Below are positions 62,273 to 64,000 of a stretch of 64,000 bases of DNA, one piece after another. Position numbers and translations under genes: made by a program. This DNA is from a virus. Taxonomy: Duplodnaviria; Caudoviricetes. A model generated the notes under the pieces. The model saw only the letters and a program-made list of their open reading frames with translations. It searched no databases and had not been told where the DNA came from. Within the stretch, counting starts at the first letter, position 1. Each line of letters begins with the position of its first letter. Where the stretch lies: IMG/VR virus record IMGVR_UViG_3300025389_001063; one strand, 5' to 3'.

Positions 62273-62347
62273 GGGGAGGTGCCAGAACGGTTATGGGAAG
62301 GTCTGCAAAACCTTTATATGTGGGTTCGATTCCCATCCTCCCCTCCA
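62273..62347 (+). tRNA. tRNA-Cys (GCA)
   Basis: AAGGT-CTGCAAA-ACCTT anticodon arm, U73 and CCA. Confidence 0.93.
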
Positions 62348-62350
62348 ATT

Positions 62351-63238
62351 TTAGATTTTTAATCTTGCTTCTATATATTCAGCAATTTGTTCTGCGACAT
62401 TTACTTTAACATAAGTTTCAAAACCTTCAAAACCTGGAGCAGAATTTGCTTCACATACTTTGAACCCGTCGTTGTCAAATAATAAGTCGATGCCGGCTAT
62501 ATCTAATCCTAAGGCTCTTGCTGTTTTAATACAAAGTGTTTCTATTTCTTCTGTTACTTCAAATGCTTCACCAGTGCCGCCACCTGTGATATTAGCACGA
62601 AAGTCACCTTGTGGTCCTGTTCTTTTCATTGCACCAATAACTCTGTTACCTAAAACCCAAACACGAAGATCTGTGCCTTTGCTATTATCTATAAACTCTT
62701 GAACTATCATAATTTTCTTAAGACCTAGTCCGTCTATTAGTCCCATAAGGTCTTCAAATAATTTTTTATTCTCACAAAGATAAACACCTCTACCATAACT
62801 CCCTTGTAGAACTTTTACTACACAAGGAAATCCAATTTCTCCTTCTACTAAAGAACTAGAAACTGGAAACTTAACTAACATAGTTTTTGGAGTTGGAATA
62901 TTGTTTTGAGATAAAATTTGATGTGCTAATAATTTGTCTTTAACATTATTAATACCATCTATACTGTTAACTGTTGTTACAGATAATTTTTCAAGTTGTC
63001 TAATAACTGCTGAAGTAAAATAATTTGTTCCCGAACCTGTTCTATTTAGAACTATCTTAGGAAGAGTGATTTGTGTATTATTATATCTAACACTTTTTCT
63101 GTTATGTCTATTAACAATAATATCAAATTGATCAGGATTCATTAACTTAGCATTTAACTTTAGGTTACTAAATGCTTTCAAAAGTCTATCGTTTTCATAG
63201 TGTTCTATACTATGTTGACTCAAAATCCATATAGACAT
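62351..63238 (-). CDS. rimK: RimK-family ATP-grasp alpha-L-glutamate ligase
   Basis: DKLLAHQIL...IPTPKT, VVKVLQGSYGRGV, QEFI, DLRVWV, FRANI..GG, AGIDLL and EANSAPGF motifs. Confidence 0.85.
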   Translation of the reverse strand: MSIWILSQHSIEHYENDRLLKAFSNLKLNAKLMNPDQFDIIVNRHNRKSVRYNNTQITLPKIVLNRTGSGTNYFTSAVIRQLEKLSVTTVNSIDGINNVKDKLLAHQILSQNNIPTPKTMLVKFPVSSSLVEGEIGFPCVVKVLQGSYGRGVYLCENKKLFEDLMGLIDGLGLKKIMIVQEFIDNSKGTDLRVWVLGNRVIGAMKRTGPQGDFRANITGGGTGEAFEVTEEIETLCIKTARALGLDIAGIDLLFDNDGFKVCEANSAPGFEGFETYVKVNVAEQIAEYIEARLKI

Positions 63239-63475
63239 GCAGGGATCCTCTCGCATTGTATTTATTGCTATTAGTTTAGTAAAAACGTGTTATTATTCTC
63301 CTTTATTTTTCCGGTAAATATATAACCAACCAAATTTGGTGGTATTACTGATCGCATACGGACAGCCGATCAGCAGACGCAACTAAGGAGCAACATATCT
63401 ATGGCTCATAAGGATAATAATTAATCACCCCGCTCAAGAAGGGTAGTTAGTTGCGCTTATCATGAAAGGAAAAAT

Positions 63476-63964
63476 ATGAAGAAGATTATACTATTAGTAG
63501 CCATGTCTATTGCTTTGTCTGCGACATGCGATAGAGCATTAGCACGTAGTTATTATAAGAGTACTCAGTATTCATCACACGAACAGACATTTGACAATCC
63601 ATTAGATGCTATCTTTGGAGGTCAAAATTGGCATATGAACCCACAAATGGGTGAAGTTAAATTAAGACATGCTGGTCACTCTTCACAAAGTATTGTATCA
63701 TATGGCCGCATGTTACAACATCAGGGCATCCGCGTTTCGGAGCATCCTGCTTTCGGTGGTGTTCATCATGTTCACCACGGTCGCGGTCACTACGGTGGTC
63801 GTGCTATTGACATTAACGTTGGACGTGGAGTAGTCGAAGCAAGCAATCCTCGCACACGTCATTGGTTTGATGGTGTTGCTGCTAGAGCAAGAGCAGCAGG
63901 TTATATGGTTCTTTGGAAAGTAAAAGGCCACTTTAATCATATGCATATCGAAGCAAGAAGATAA
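63476..63964 (+). CDS. Secreted M15-like (Hedgehog/DD-peptidase fold) peptidase
   Basis: Signal peptide; GHYGGRAIDIN (H-x6-D) and GHFNHMHI motifs. Confidence 0.7.
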   Translation: MKKIILLVAMSIALSATCDRALARSYYKSTQYSSHEQTFDNPLDAIFGGQNWHMNPQMGEVKLRHAGHSSQSIVSYGRMLQHQGIRVSEHPAFGGVHHVHHGRGHYGGRAIDINVGRGVVEASNPRTRHWFDGVAARARAAGYMVLWKVKGHFNHMHIEARR

Positions 63965-63969
63965 TCAAG

Positions 63970-63998
63970 AAGGGCGGTATGTCCGTTGCCGCCCTTTT
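63970..63998 (+). terminator. Intrinsic terminator
   Basis: AAGGGCGGTA / TGCCGCCCTT stem followed by T residues. Confidence 0.75.
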
Positions 63999-64000
63999 AA

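Noticed and set aside
1-64000. CRISPR array or stop-codon recoding
   Set aside because: No regularly spaced repeats were seen. Known genes end at TAA, TAG and TGA at the expected lengths, and there is no suppressor tRNA.

Overview
This is a 64-kb stretch of an AT-rich, T4-like jumbo phage genome. It has sigma70-type TTGAC-N16/18-TATTAT early promoters and (T)ATAAATA late promoters. The host is very probably an alphaproteobacterial methanotroph (Methylocystis/Methylosinus type). Four markers support this: a stand-alone pmoC, a circularly permuted two-piece tmRNA with an ANDNF tag, a tRNA-His with no G-1 and A73, and a plcP-agt pair. Contents: small early genes; an RNA-repair set (kinase, HAD phosphatase, and an RNA ligase split by a homing endonuclease); lipid and envelope remodelling genes (plcP, agt, kdsB, L,D-transpeptidase, RlpA, M15 peptidases); late/virion genes; nrdA-nrdB-glutaredoxin; PAAR and baseplate-type hydrolases; proteostasis and translation genes (dnaK, sHSP, clpS, two clpP, ppiC, rpsU, infA, rimK-like); heme oxygenase plus a PcyX-type bilin reductase; a lysis cassette; several HNH/GIY-YIG endonucleases; and 12 tRNAs. 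The most striking element is at 60037-60416, directly upstream of the main tRNA array. It is a leader-peptide transcription attenuator with mutually exclusive antiterminator and terminator hairpins. Its control window (Ile-Ser-Met-Val-Cys-Trp-Tyr-Glu-Asn-Thr) contains 7 of the 8 amino-acid identities of the downstream tRNAs. This suggests a phage sensor that turns on its own tRNAs when host tRNAs are depleted or cleaved. Two tRNA-like candidate ncRNAs (2294-2421 and 62157-62268) are also unexplained. All assignments come from reading motifs and base-pairing by eye; no searches were run.
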